Origin: Histomonas meleagridis 2922-C6/04-290x
Taxonomy: Eukaryota > Protista > Parabasalia
DNA: 64,000 nt
NCBI GenBank assembly: GCA_020184695.1
Contig: JAANOX010000201.1
Coordinates: forward strand, 1 to 64,000
Reading direction: 5' to 3'
Position numbers and translations under genes: made by a program. Below the pieces are notes generated by a model. It saw only the letters and a program-made list of their open reading frames with translations. It searched no databases and was not told the origin of the DNA. Below, one piece after another: positions 20,485 through 31,100 of this stretch (positions are counted from its first letter, which is position 1; every line of letters begins with the position of its first letter).

Positions 20485-23400
20485 ATGCCGATAGAAATAC
20501 TAATGTTATTTTTTTTAATGTCGATGCATTCCAACTTGCACGTTTACGACAAGAAACACATCATACGCAAATTCGAAAAGTATCTCACGCTCATTCAAAC
20601 GCAGCGGGTTGTTTCGTTCCAACCGGCAAAGAATGAGTTATTTTGCCGCAATGCGACTGCAAGTCACAAACTTCCTTCCACATTAGACTACGAATGGGAG
20701 TGCGTTGATACCTCAAATGGATTCAACTTCAATAAAACTCAATATCAATGGTTTGCATTTCAAGGAGATCTAACTCAGCCAGAGAACTTTGATCCAACGC
20801 AACATTTCCTTCACTTCGACTTCGTCATCGACCGAAAGTTCACAGTGCGTCCGTGGGACGACGAATTTCCGGCAGGTCCCGAAGGAAGATTTTGGATCAA
20901 TGGGAAGCCGATTGCAGCGATTGACGAGTTCCATCACGGCGCAATGATCACAGAGCTCGGGCACGTTGAGTTGCGAATATTCACAGCGCGTTGTGAGAGT
21001 AATCATTTCCTATCACGATTTGGTGTCAGTTGTGTTCATAAAGACACTGAATCACTTTATCAACGAATTCGTTTTCTGATTTCAGTCATCAAAGAACTCG
21101 ATGAAGATAATGTTGACAAACCGAATCTCATTCGCATCATCGATGAAACAGTACGTAAACTCGACATTCGAGACTTAAGTGATCCGATTCCATTAAAAGA
21201 TATTCGCCGACATGATAAAGATCGAGTAGCGTTTTATAACAGTGTTCCATCTGCATTAGCATATCTTAAGTCATCACTTAGTTCATTACCAAAGACAACA
21301 GAATTAGATCCGTCAGTATCAGTTATTGGATATAGTCACATTGATACATGTTGGGAATGGCCGTATTCATTATCACATTTCAAGTCAGCGAATACTGCGA
21401 TTTCTATGATACATTTAATGGAACATCCTCCGATTGATTGTGATAATGTCCAATGGCATTTCTTAGCTACGTCAGCGCAACATTATAAATGGCTCAAGAA
21501 AGATTCTCCCGAAATATATGCGAAAGTTGTGGAGAAAATTAAAGAAGGAAGATGGGAACCAAATGGCGTAATGTGGGTTGAGTCAGATATTAATAATCCA
21601 AATGGGGAATCATTAATTCGGCAACTTATAATGGGAATTCGATTCTTCAAAAAAGAATTCGATATAAAACAAACAGTGCTATTTTTGCCTGATTGTTTTG
21701 GATTTAGTGCAAGTTTACCTCAGATACTTAGAAAGGCAGGAATCGAATGTTTTGTGACATCTAAAATTTCATGGTGCGAATATACAAAATTCCCTCATTC
21801 GACTTTCATATGGAGAGGAATTGATGGAAGTGATGTAACTGCACATTTTATAACGACTCCAAGTTCGTGGAGTTATCAAACTTCAACTTATACAGGCGTA
21901 TCGAATGCTTATGAATTAATTGGTACTTATAAACAATATAAACAAAAAGATATACTTAAAGATTCTGCATTACATACTTCTGGTAATGGTGATGGAGGTG
22001 GAGGAATTACTGAAGAAATGGTTTGGAATTTGAATTTAATGAATGAATTACCAAAAATTAATAATGTGCCAAAATTAGTTTTCCCAACTTTAACTGAATT
22101 ATTCGAAGAAATTTTACAAAAGAAAAATCAATTACCGATTTGGGATGATGAATTATATTTGGAATATCATAGAGGAACTTATACAACACAAGAAGAAGTG
22201 AAAAGAATTAATAGAGAATTAGAAGCAAGTCTTCATAATGCTGAATGGTTCATTGTAATATTAAGTTCATTATATAAATTGGATTTTTCTGATGTTTTAA
22301 CCGAATTAGAAAATATTTGGGAGAAAACTTTGTTATTCCAATTCCATGATGCTGTTCCTGGCTCATCAATTAATGAAGCAAATCAAGAAATTCTCAAAAA
22401 AGGTGAAAAATGTCTACAGAAAATTAAAACAATTATTCAAACATTAGCAAATAAACTTTCTTCTTATATACCTTCTAAAGATGACGACACCATAATTTTC
22501 AATACTTTATCGCACGAACGATCAGTTTGTGAACAAAAAGTAAAAAGTTGTGGATGGACTATTAAATCACCAAATACTATTATTAAAATTGATGATATCG
22601 AAACTACGACATATGAGAAAACATTAGAAGATAATTATAATGTTCATACACATAATCATCAATTTATAGAATCGACAATTCCACCACATAATAATCCGGA
22701 AATTATTATTAATTCCAAGAAGAAAACAGTTACAACACCTTTCTTAAATATTATATTTGATGAAAATGGTCTAATTACTTCAATAATAGATCGTAAAACA
22801 GAACGTCAATATCTTTCTTCACCAGCAAATTTGTTTGAACTTTATGAAGATCGACCAATAAATTGGCCTGCATGGGATATACAATTATATCATAAAGAAA
22901 TGCAAATTGATTCGCCGATTTTCGATGGTTATGAATTTAATGATGATAAAGTTATACTTCGTTATCATATATCTAAACCTGGTAATGGTAGTGCAGAAAT
23001 AACAACAATTGAACAAATTATAACTTTCTCAAGTACAGGCCCATACATTGATTTTAAGACTATTGTTAATTGGACACAACATGATAAACTTCTTAAGGTT
23101 ACATTCCCAACTACAATACGTTCAAGATATGCAAAGTTTGGAATACAATTTGGTAATATACAACGTCCGACACATTCGAATACTAAAAGAGATATGGCTA
23201 AATTCGAAACATATGGAAGATGGGCAGAACTTAGTGATAGTTCAAGTGGTGTATATATATGTAGTGATGTAAAATGTGGTTATGATGTCCATGAAAATAT
23301 AATGCGATTATCATTACTTAAAGCTCCAATGCAAACTGATAAATGGGCTGACTTCGGGAAGAGAAAGTTTAATTATAGAGTATGTTTCGGCCAAAATATT

Positions 23401-23805
23401 AATATAGTACATTTATCTAATGAAATTAATAACCCAATTGTTATTTCAAAGGATGTTAAAAAAGATGAAATTAAACAAACATTAAGTGTGGATGCTTCTT
23501 TTGTAGAAGTAAATGATGATAATGTTATTATAGAAACTTTAAAGCCTTCTTATGCAAATCCTAAAGATTGTTTCATTGTAAGAATGTATGAAGCGTCTGG
23601 AAGTTGGAGAAAATGCGAAGTAAAGTTCCCATTATTAAAAGCAAATGAATGGGATATATATGAAGTGGATCTTCTAGAAGAAAAAATCGATGGAACAAAA
23701 CAAATTAAAACAAGCAAAGGTGGATTCGCGAGTTTCGAAGTTGAAATGAATGCATTTGAATTAAAGTCTATTGCTATGTACCGCAAGTCCAAATTAGAGT
23801 TATGA
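20485..23805 (+). CDS. Glycoside hydrolase family 38 alpha-mannosidase (MAN2C1/Ams1-like)
   Basis: 1106 aa; GYSHIDTCWEWP (HxD zinc site), WEPNGVMWVESD, LFLPDCFG (nucleophile), LYLEYHRGTYTTQ, FQFHDAVPGSSI. Confidence 0.92.
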   Translation: MPIEILMLFFLMSMHSNLHVYDKKHIIRKFEKYLTLIQTQRVVSFQPAKNELFCRNATASHKLPSTLDYEWECVDTSNGFNFNKTQYQWFAFQGDLTQPENFDPTQHFLHFDFVIDRKFTVRPWDDEFPAGPEGRFWINGKPIAAIDEFHHGAMITELGHVELRIFTARCESNHFLSRFGVSCVHKDTESLYQRIRFLISVIKELDEDNVDKPNLIRIIDETVRKLDIRDLSDPIPLKDIRRHDKDRVAFYNSVPSALAYLKSSLSSLPKTTELDPSVSVIGYSHIDTCWEWPYSLSHFKSANTAISMIHLMEHPPIDCDNVQWHFLATSAQHYKWLKKDSPEIYAKVVEKIKEGRWEPNGVMWVESDINNPNGESLIRQLIMGIRFFKKEFDIKQTVLFLPDCFGFSASLPQILRKAGIECFVTSKISWCEYTKFPHSTFIWRGIDGSDVTAHFITTPSSWSYQTSTYTGVSNAYELIGTYKQYKQKDILKDSALHTSGNGDGGGGITEEMVWNLNLMNELPKINNVPKLVFPTLTELFEEILQKKNQLPIWDDELYLEYHRGTYTTQEEVKRINRELEASLHNAEWFIVILSSLYKLDFSDVLTELENIWEKTLLFQFHDAVPGSSINEANQEILKKGEKCLQKIKTIIQTLANKLSSYIPSKDDDTIIFNTLSHERSVCEQKVKSCGWTIKSPNTIIKIDDIETTTYEKTLEDNYNVHTHNHQFIESTIPPHNNPEIIINSKKKTVTTPFLNIIFDENGLITSIIDRKTERQYLSSPANLFELYEDRPINWPAWDIQLYHKEMQIDSPIFDGYEFNDDKVILRYHISKPGNGSAEITTIEQIITFSSTGPYIDFKTIVNWTQHDKLLKVTFPTTIRSRYAKFGIQFGNIQRPTHSNTKRDMAKFETYGRWAELSDSSSGVYICSDVKCGYDVHENIMRLSLLKAPMQTDKWADFGKRKFNYRVCFGQNINIVHLSNEINNPIVISKDVKKDEIKQTLSVDASFVEVNDDNVIIETLKPSYANPKDCFIVRMYEASGSWRKCEVKFPLLKANEWDIYEVDLLEEKIDGTKQIKTSKGGFASFEVEMNAFELKSIAMYRKSKLEL

Positions 23806-23820
23806 AACAAAAAAAATATT

Positions 23821-24156
23821 TTAAAGCTTCCGAATATATCCCATTGAAGTTTCAAGCTTTTGAAGGAGCTCAACAGTGGCTGCCTTTTTGTTGGTAACAA
23901 TGTTCATTTGTGAATCTTTTAACTTCATTAATGCTTCAAATAGATTCTGTGATGCTAAAATTGTTCTTTCAAATAACTCAGAAACTTGCTTCATTTGTTC
24001 ACCAATCATATCAATAATAGCAGTGTCATTGGCTTCAATTTCACTGATGATCCTGTCAACTCTTTGTGCTACATCTGCACTGGTGATTTGCTCGTTTTCA
24101 TTCGTGTTTAAGATCTCTAAGTACTCATCACTAGGGAAAGGAATTTCGGAATTCAT
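23821..24156 (-). CDS. Small coiled-coil hypothetical protein
   Basis: 111 aa ATG-initiated helical ORF convergent with the mannosidase; more protein-like than the antisense ORF. Confidence 0.6.
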   Translation of the reverse strand: MNSEIPFPSDEYLEILNTNENEQITSADVAQRVDRIISEIEANDTAIIDMIGEQMKQVSELFERTILASQNLFEALMKLKDSQMNIVTNKKAATVELLQKLETSMGYIRKL

Positions 24157-24459
24157 TAAAAATTTTGTTGTGTTTGATGTTTGGCACTTTTTGTTTTGAT
24201 GTTTTTTTCCAAATCTTTTAAATACTGTTTAAGTGAGTTCTAAAGAGTTTATAATTTTAGTTGTCCTAATAATCCCTGCATAAATATGAAAATGGATTAT
24301 ATTGATTTGAGATTAATTCATTAAAATTTTGTATTAAAGATTAGATTAAAATTTTATTGGAAATAGATCATAAACAAGTTTTCTCAGATTAATTTCATTT
24401 ATAAATCTATTTTATTTAACATTAATGATTAAAATTAAAACGCCTTTCATTATTAAGAA

Positions 24460-25713
24460 ATGTTATATGAAAATAAAATACAGAATTCAAAAAAAATGAA
24501 GAAAAATGGAATGTCTAAACCCAAGAAAATTATGATTACTATTTTAGTTATTTTAATATGTATTGCTTTATATTTTATTTTTAGAAACAAAAAGGAAGAT
24601 GAAATTAGTGATCTTCCACTTCCATATATTTACAATACAGAATTTTTAAACACTCTTAATACATTTCAGTCTTTAGAAAATCATAATGAAATCCTTGTTA
24701 TTCACGGTTCCAAAGGTATTGGAAAATCACGCGGTTTATTAGAGTTTTCCAATAAAGTTTTAACAGAGAACCGACTTGTAATTAATTTTGATTTTCAAAT
24801 GCTTCAAAACATTTCCACAGATGCCGACATCATTGAATTAATTCGACATTCTCTCATATACAGTTTCCAAAAATTTGATGGACATCTTTATCGACAAAAG
24901 AGCATTCAAGAATCGCTTGATCTCCTTAAATCTCTTACCCATGTATTTCAAGTTCGCAATTCCAAATTAGAATCGCAATCCATCAAAGACACCAAACTTC
25001 TTCAATGCCTTAACTCCATTCTTCGTCTTATTTCGCCTCTTCCCAACAAGCCCTCCATTTCTATTAACTTTATGTTCAAAGGCTTCGAAGCGATATCCAA
25101 ATCATTCCGTCCGATCATCATCATCAACTCGCCCGAAAACCTTGCCAATATCAATACGACTTTTGCGCAATCCATTTACAGTAGCTTTTTAGATGCATTA
25201 CAACAATCTCAACATGACTCAACACATTACGGAATCATCATCGAAGTCAGCGACGAACTGTGGCTACTGACGCAACTAAAGCGCTATTCGACGCATAACG
25301 CCAATTTCCGTTTGTTTAGAGTTCAAGAATTTGATCTCGATGATGCACGAATTCCATTTTTGCCAATGTTTAAACCATCGCAAGAGCAGCGTATGTTCGA
25401 ACGCTTTGGAGGAAATGGTAAATACTTTGCCATTGTGCATGAGCTGATGCGAAATGGAGTAACGTTTAACGATGCGTTTAATATGACAAAAGAAAATGTG
25501 AAAAAACATTTTGTGGATAATATTATTCACAAGGAAAACATTACAAACTTGTTAAAGATAATGAAAGAAAAAGAAATCGAAATCGATTTAAATGATAATA
25601 ATTTAAAAGAATTGGTCGAATGTGGAATAATGACTGTGGTGGACGAGAGAAAAGTACAAATCGCCGGACAAGTGTATGAGCACTGTGCTGAAGAGGTAAG
25701 AAGTGGCAAATGA
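24460..25713 (+). CDS. N-terminally membrane-anchored P-loop NTPase-like protein
   Basis: 417 aa; TM IMITILVILICIALYFIF; Walker A IHGSKGIGKS; Walker B-like IIIINSPE lacks the acidic residue. Confidence 0.65.
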   Translation: MLYENKIQNSKKMKKNGMSKPKKIMITILVILICIALYFIFRNKKEDEISDLPLPYIYNTEFLNTLNTFQSLENHNEILVIHGSKGIGKSRGLLEFSNKVLTENRLVINFDFQMLQNISTDADIIELIRHSLIYSFQKFDGHLYRQKSIQESLDLLKSLTHVFQVRNSKLESQSIKDTKLLQCLNSILRLISPLPNKPSISINFMFKGFEAISKSFRPIIIINSPENLANINTTFAQSIYSSFLDALQQSQHDSTHYGIIIEVSDELWLLTQLKRYSTHNANFRLFRVQEFDLDDARIPFLPMFKPSQEQRMFERFGGNGKYFAIVHELMRNGVTFNDAFNMTKENVKKHFVDNIIHKENITNLLKIMKEKEIEIDLNDNNLKELVECGIMTVVDERKVQIAGQVYEHCAEEVRSGK

Positions 25714-26466
25714 AAAAGTTATATTATATAATATTTGATTTTAGTGAGTAAAAACGTTTATATCATTGAAATGTAAATTGTAGAAAAACATTTTATGATA
25801 ATTTGAGCATATATTGGAGTATCAGTATAATTAGTTAAATTTAAATTTAAACATGTTTCAACCGGCAGAACTTTAATGCAAAAAATGTTTTCTTTCAACG
25901 TAGATAGTATCAATATTATGATTATTTTGTTTTGCTATAACAATAAGAGCTGTAATAAAGCATCTGCTAAATCATTTTCTTATATGAATTAAATGCGTTT
26001 AAGTTATCATCACTTTTATTTTTCATATTATTTGACTGAGATTTAACCAAATCATATAAATTAAATTTAACCTGATTTGGATAGCAAACTTTTGGAAATC
26101 CAAATAATGAAAATATACCACACATTAAGAGGGAAAGAAAGATATTCAAAACTCGAGGGAAATTCCAAAGAAATTACCAATGAATGGGAAAACAGAGTTT
26201 TTAATGCAATTTTTCCTGATGAATTTTCAAAAAAAATTTGAATGACTCTTTTTTAAATTTTTGTTTTTCATTTTTCACTAACAATATTGTTAATCTTGAA
26301 GAGGCCATTTTCTCTCTTAATTCTCTTGATATAAAATTGAGTAACATGTTACGAAACTTATTTCAATTACAACATGTACGACCTAATTTGGGGTGCCCCC
26401 GATATATCGTGCACAGATAGTTGTATTACAATCAATTAAAAACAATAACGTTAACAAATGATAATT

Positions 26467-27735
26467 TTAGTGATGGCCAGAACACAATCCCAAAGCAGTG
26501 CACACCTCATCAAATGGTATTCCTTCTTCCATGGCATCTATAAACAGGTTGATGCTTTTGTACAATCCGTGACACTCTTTCTTGTAGCCTTCAGGGAAAT
26601 GGCTGCACACCGCATCCTTCGTGATTTCCTCTATTTCATTTCCTTTTAACAAATTTTCATTGATTGCGTATGCAAACGTCAAGCACATACTGCAGTGCAC
26701 CTGCTCGTATCTATTCGGCGCATATACTTCTTCTTCGTCAATTTCTTCGTTTGCGCTGTCACAAAACTTCAGATTGTTGCACACTTGTTCGTACGAACTC
26801 GTCAATTTTAATTGCTGCGCGATGCCGCCAATCGAAGTGGAGACAATCGCCTTGCAGAGGTTTGCGTGAACCTGCGGCTTTAATGCGTTGCAGAGCGCTA
26901 CAACTGTCGCGGCGGGTTTATGTGAGCGGAGAACTTTGTCAACAAACTTAACTGCTTTGGCACAGATAGAACATGTGTCGGCATTGCTGAGGCTCATTGG
27001 AAGTTCGAAGTCGCTGACGAAATCGTTGTCGTCCATGTCAAGATAAAGTTCAAGATATGAATCATCGTCATCGCTGTTACTTACGCAAAGTTTCAGTTTG
27101 TCGCAAACATTGGAAATTGAAACTTTCTGCTGAATGAGTTCGGTGATTTTGGTGAGATATTTGGTTATAATGTTGTTGCAAAAGTCACGCCCAATCTTAG
27201 GGAACTTAGAACAGAGTTTTTGCGCTTCTTCTTGAACTTGAATTGGTTTGATTTTCGTTTCAATAATGTTGGAAATAACTGTAACAAGATGTTTGCAAAT
27301 GGAACATGCAATGCCATTCGTAAGGCCTTCTGGAATTTCAAGATCTTCTTCGTCATTCGAATAATAAAAATCTTGATAAGACTCTTTTTCTTCAAAATGA
27401 TTGTCTATTTGACATTCACCTAAATATTTGCAGATGGTTTCTCTGGAGCACTCATAATAAAGTAAAATCACAATCCTCGTTGCTAGATCATCATTTGTAG
27501 CATATTTAATACACTTACTTTTTGCTTCACTAGATGAAAAAATGTCACACCTTGTCGCGGAAACATACGATTCCTCAAATGCTCGAATGATATTTTTACA
27601 AATCGAACAATCATCAGCATTTGTTGTGACATATTTTGATGTGTGTGGTTTTATCAGATGAATTCTATATTGAGGCCTTTGTCCTGGTTCATTTAAGATT
27701 TTCCTTAATAAACTGCAACAAAGAAGAGTCAGCAT
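26467..27735 (-). CDS. Saposin-like protein (SAPLIP) with four saposin B-type domains
   Basis: 422 aa; hydrophobic N-terminus; four CxxC..C..C..C..C units (CSICKN, CSICKH, CSICAK, CSMCLT) separated by acidic linkers. Confidence 0.88.
   Translation of the reverse strand: MLTLLCCSLLRKILNEPGQRPQYRIHLIKPHTSKYVTTNADDCSICKNIIRAFEESYVSATRCDIFSSSEAKSKCIKYATNDDLATRIVILLYYECSRETICKYLGECQIDNHFEEKESYQDFYYSNDEEDLEIPEGLTNGIACSICKHLVTVISNIIETKIKPIQVQEEAQKLCSKFPKIGRDFCNNIITKYLTKITELIQQKVSISNVCDKLKLCVSNSDDDDSYLELYLDMDDNDFVSDFELPMSLSNADTCSICAKAVKFVDKVLRSHKPAATVVALCNALKPQVHANLCKAIVSTSIGGIAQQLKLTSSYEQVCNNLKFCDSANEEIDEEEVYAPNRYEQVHCSMCLTFAYAINENLLKGNEIEEITKDAVCSHFPEGYKKECHGLYKSINLFIDAMEEGIPFDEVCTALGLCSGHH
26956..27342. 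repeat. 387-bp module, inverted near-identical copy at 52916-53302
   Basis: Direct comparison: LEIPEGL..TCSICAK segment differs by only about 7 substitutions; flanks unrelated. Confidence 0.93.
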
Positions 27736-28119
27736 TTTGTTGGCAATTTGCCAAATAAACTCTTCAAAAAATCAATAGGTATTAAAATAATTTCAAAGGG
27801 GTTTTTTGTCGTAAAATCTAACCGTTGTATCGGTAGTTCATCGGCGAAACTCAATCCGAAAAAATAATAATGCTATTTGTCGTTTACAAACTAAAAATAA
27901 ACACACGAATATCATATCCGAGTTCGATATATATGTAATTGTTTTTTTTTGTGTGTGTGTTTTGCTTTGTCGTCCCTTTCATTCAATCCTTTGCAATATG
28001 AAACGGTTTTCATTAACTGAACGAACAGTAAACATTTTCATTATTTATATATCTCTCATAAAAAACATTTTCCAATTTTCTCATCGTATTAATTAATTTA
28101 AGTTACAACGTATGAATTT

Positions 28120-31100
28120 TTACTCAGAAGAAGGAGAACTTTCGATGTTATCTAAGTCCATTGGTATCATTTCCAAGTTTCCATCGCATTGTACGACGCA
28201 AACGTAACCATTTGAGTAGCCCAAAGCGAGCGCGCAGAACATGTGTTTCTTTATCACCATTTTTTTCTCAGGCTCATCGACCGGTATCACTCCCAAGTTA
28301 AACTTATCATCGATGAACAGTACGAAGTCTTCTTTCTTTGTGTTCAGCGCGTTTTTCCACAAAACTATTTTTGCGTCCAACACGAAACTCTTTAAGTTCT
28401 GACCGAAGGCGTCGGTCACGTAAAACATTTTCCCGATTGTGAATACCACTGAACCATTACCATTTGTTATCATAATATGTTCGATCAACTCTTCGAACTT
28501 ATAGAACATTTTTGACGACGCTTTTGCTGTGTTCCATATTTCGACTTCGTTATCAGAGTTCGAACACGCGATCACACGAAAGTGTTTATTTTGTGCGAAT
28601 TTTGTTATGTAATTATTCGCGCGATATATTATCTTTTTACGGTCGACATGTTTTATTAAGTTTTGTTTCGCAAAAAGGATGTTCTTGTTGTTACTGGATA
28701 TGATATCATTCTCAACATAGAAATCAATTTCACTAAACTCTTTAGTGGAATAACGTTTGAGTTTCTTATTAACTTTATCATAACATAATAAACATTCACT
28801 CGATTGAAAGAATTTGACATTAATTAAATTGTTAATTTTATATGTTTTCGTGATTTTGTTTTTCGTTGATTTGGAATTTGTCGTTTGGAATGGATAAAAG
28901 ACAATGTTACCTTCAACATCGATATAACAAACATAACCATTATGAATAAATGAATATATACACTTATTTGTTGTTAATGGAATTCGTTTTAACATTTTTT
29001 CTTTGATTTGTTTCTTCGGTTTATTCCTTTTATTTGTTTTAATTTCTTCACCTTGATTATAATTTAAGATGAAATTATATTCTTTAATTGATTGTTCAAA
29101 TTCTTTATTTAATAGTTCCAATATTTTCGATGACGATTGGTAATGTATTGAAATGTCTTCAAACTGCGAAATTTCAATTGATTTGTTTGGGGCTTTCAAA
29201 ATTAAGTCCTGTAGTGAAAATTTCCTATCGGCCGATTGATTTTCTGATATAATTTTTTCTGACAATTTGAATACGTTATTTTGTTTCAGTTCACATTTCA
29301 GTTTTTTCTTTTTTTTGGTTTGAAAGAATTCTTTAATTTGTTGAATATTATCTAAAGGATATTTGTTGGTAACTTTTTCAGGGGAATACATATGATAATA
29401 AGATGAGAAAATAGAGATATTTAAAAATGAATTTAATAAATCAAAATTATTTTTATCGATTTGTTTATATAAAGAATTTAAAAAATTAAATTTTTGTTCT
29501 TTATTTTCGAAATTTGTATATAAGAAAAACAAATCAATGACATATAATATTAACATAACATTTTTAAAATTATTTTGGTTATTCATATTATCCCAAATGA
29601 CTTTTGACATGAAATCGAAAATTTTCAATTGTTTTTGATTCTCATTAACTTTAAAACTTAAAATTAAAGGCCAAAGGAACCAAAAGTTATCATTTTGTAT
29701 ATTTATTTTAATATTATTATTTAATATTTCATCTATTTTATTATAGTCATTAATTGCTAACATTAAAGTCATACAAAGAATTGAATAATTTGGATATTTT
29801 TTAATTTCAACAATTAATTTATTCATAAAAGTTAAAATATTTTCTTTTTTAGATTCGTTCATAAATATTGTAATTAAAATATTAAAGTTAATATCAATAT
29901 TTAACTCATTAATAATCGATAAAAATTGTAATGAGAAATCATTTTCATCATTAAAATCAATGAAACTTTTCTTGAAATAAAATAATAATAATGAAATAAA
30001 TCGTTGTTGAATAAGTTTATTTGAATAAATTATTAATGAAATTCGTTGTACAAGGAAAATATCGATTTTAAATGTTTTCTTTTCATATGATTCTTTACAT
30101 AATAATACTATTGATTGATAATCATTTTCACCGAAATTATAATTCGCAATTAATTCGATCAAATCGATCATTAAATATTTTATTTTTTCATCATTTGTTT
30201 GATAGAATTTTATTATGTTTGGTAAATATGAATTTTTACTTATAATTCGTTGCGCATAAAATATTAACTCTGTTTTCATATGTATTATAATTTGTTGAAG
30301 ATTTGTTGCGTCACATTTCTTCCATATATCGAAATTAAACAAAAGTTTCTCAAGGAATTCTTTTGCTGTTTGTTCTTGTTGAATTGATTTAAAAATATCA
30401 TATAATATATAATAAAGTTGGAAATTTATATCAAAACCTTTAATGAAATCAATGTTTTCGAATAATGTATTATTATTATTTCCTTTATTCTTTATTAAAT
30501 ATTTTAATGATTTTAATAAGTTCAAATCTCCTGATTTCTCTAATAAGTTTTGTGAATTATTAAATGTTTTGGGATTAATTAAGAAATATGATAATGGATG
30601 TTGTTTATTTTGTTCGATATTATTATTTTCTGATATAATTTCGACGTTTAATTTATTATTTATATTATTATAAAACTTTTCATGTAAATTACTGACTTCG
30701 ATTGATGTTAAATTTCGATTAAATATGTTCAAGTTATTAATAGAACCATATTCATAATCAATGATATTTTTAGGTTGTTCAATATAACATATATTACAAT
30801 TTAAGTCTTCATTTAAAAAATTCATTTTAACAAATTCGAATTTAGTATTAACTAAGTTATCTTGAATGATACCTACATAAGGTTTATTATTATTACTTGA
30901 AATAACTATTAATAAGAAATGTGATTTAGTTTCATATTCTAAATAATCATTTCGTGATAAAGCTTTTTGATTAAAGATACTTGCGAATTCGGTAATATGT
31001 TCTTTACCATCATTTTCTTTATATTTGACATTTAAGACATAATTCTTTATATAAATAGTTAATTCAGTATTCGCTGAATCATTTATTTTTAATAAATATA

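Noticed and set aside
25900-26450. Short ORFs between the P-loop gene and saposin-like gene
   Set aside because: No motifs; fragments in different frames and strands
27941-27961. T-run plus (TG)n tract
   Set aside because: Short microsatellite, not telomeric or otherwise informative
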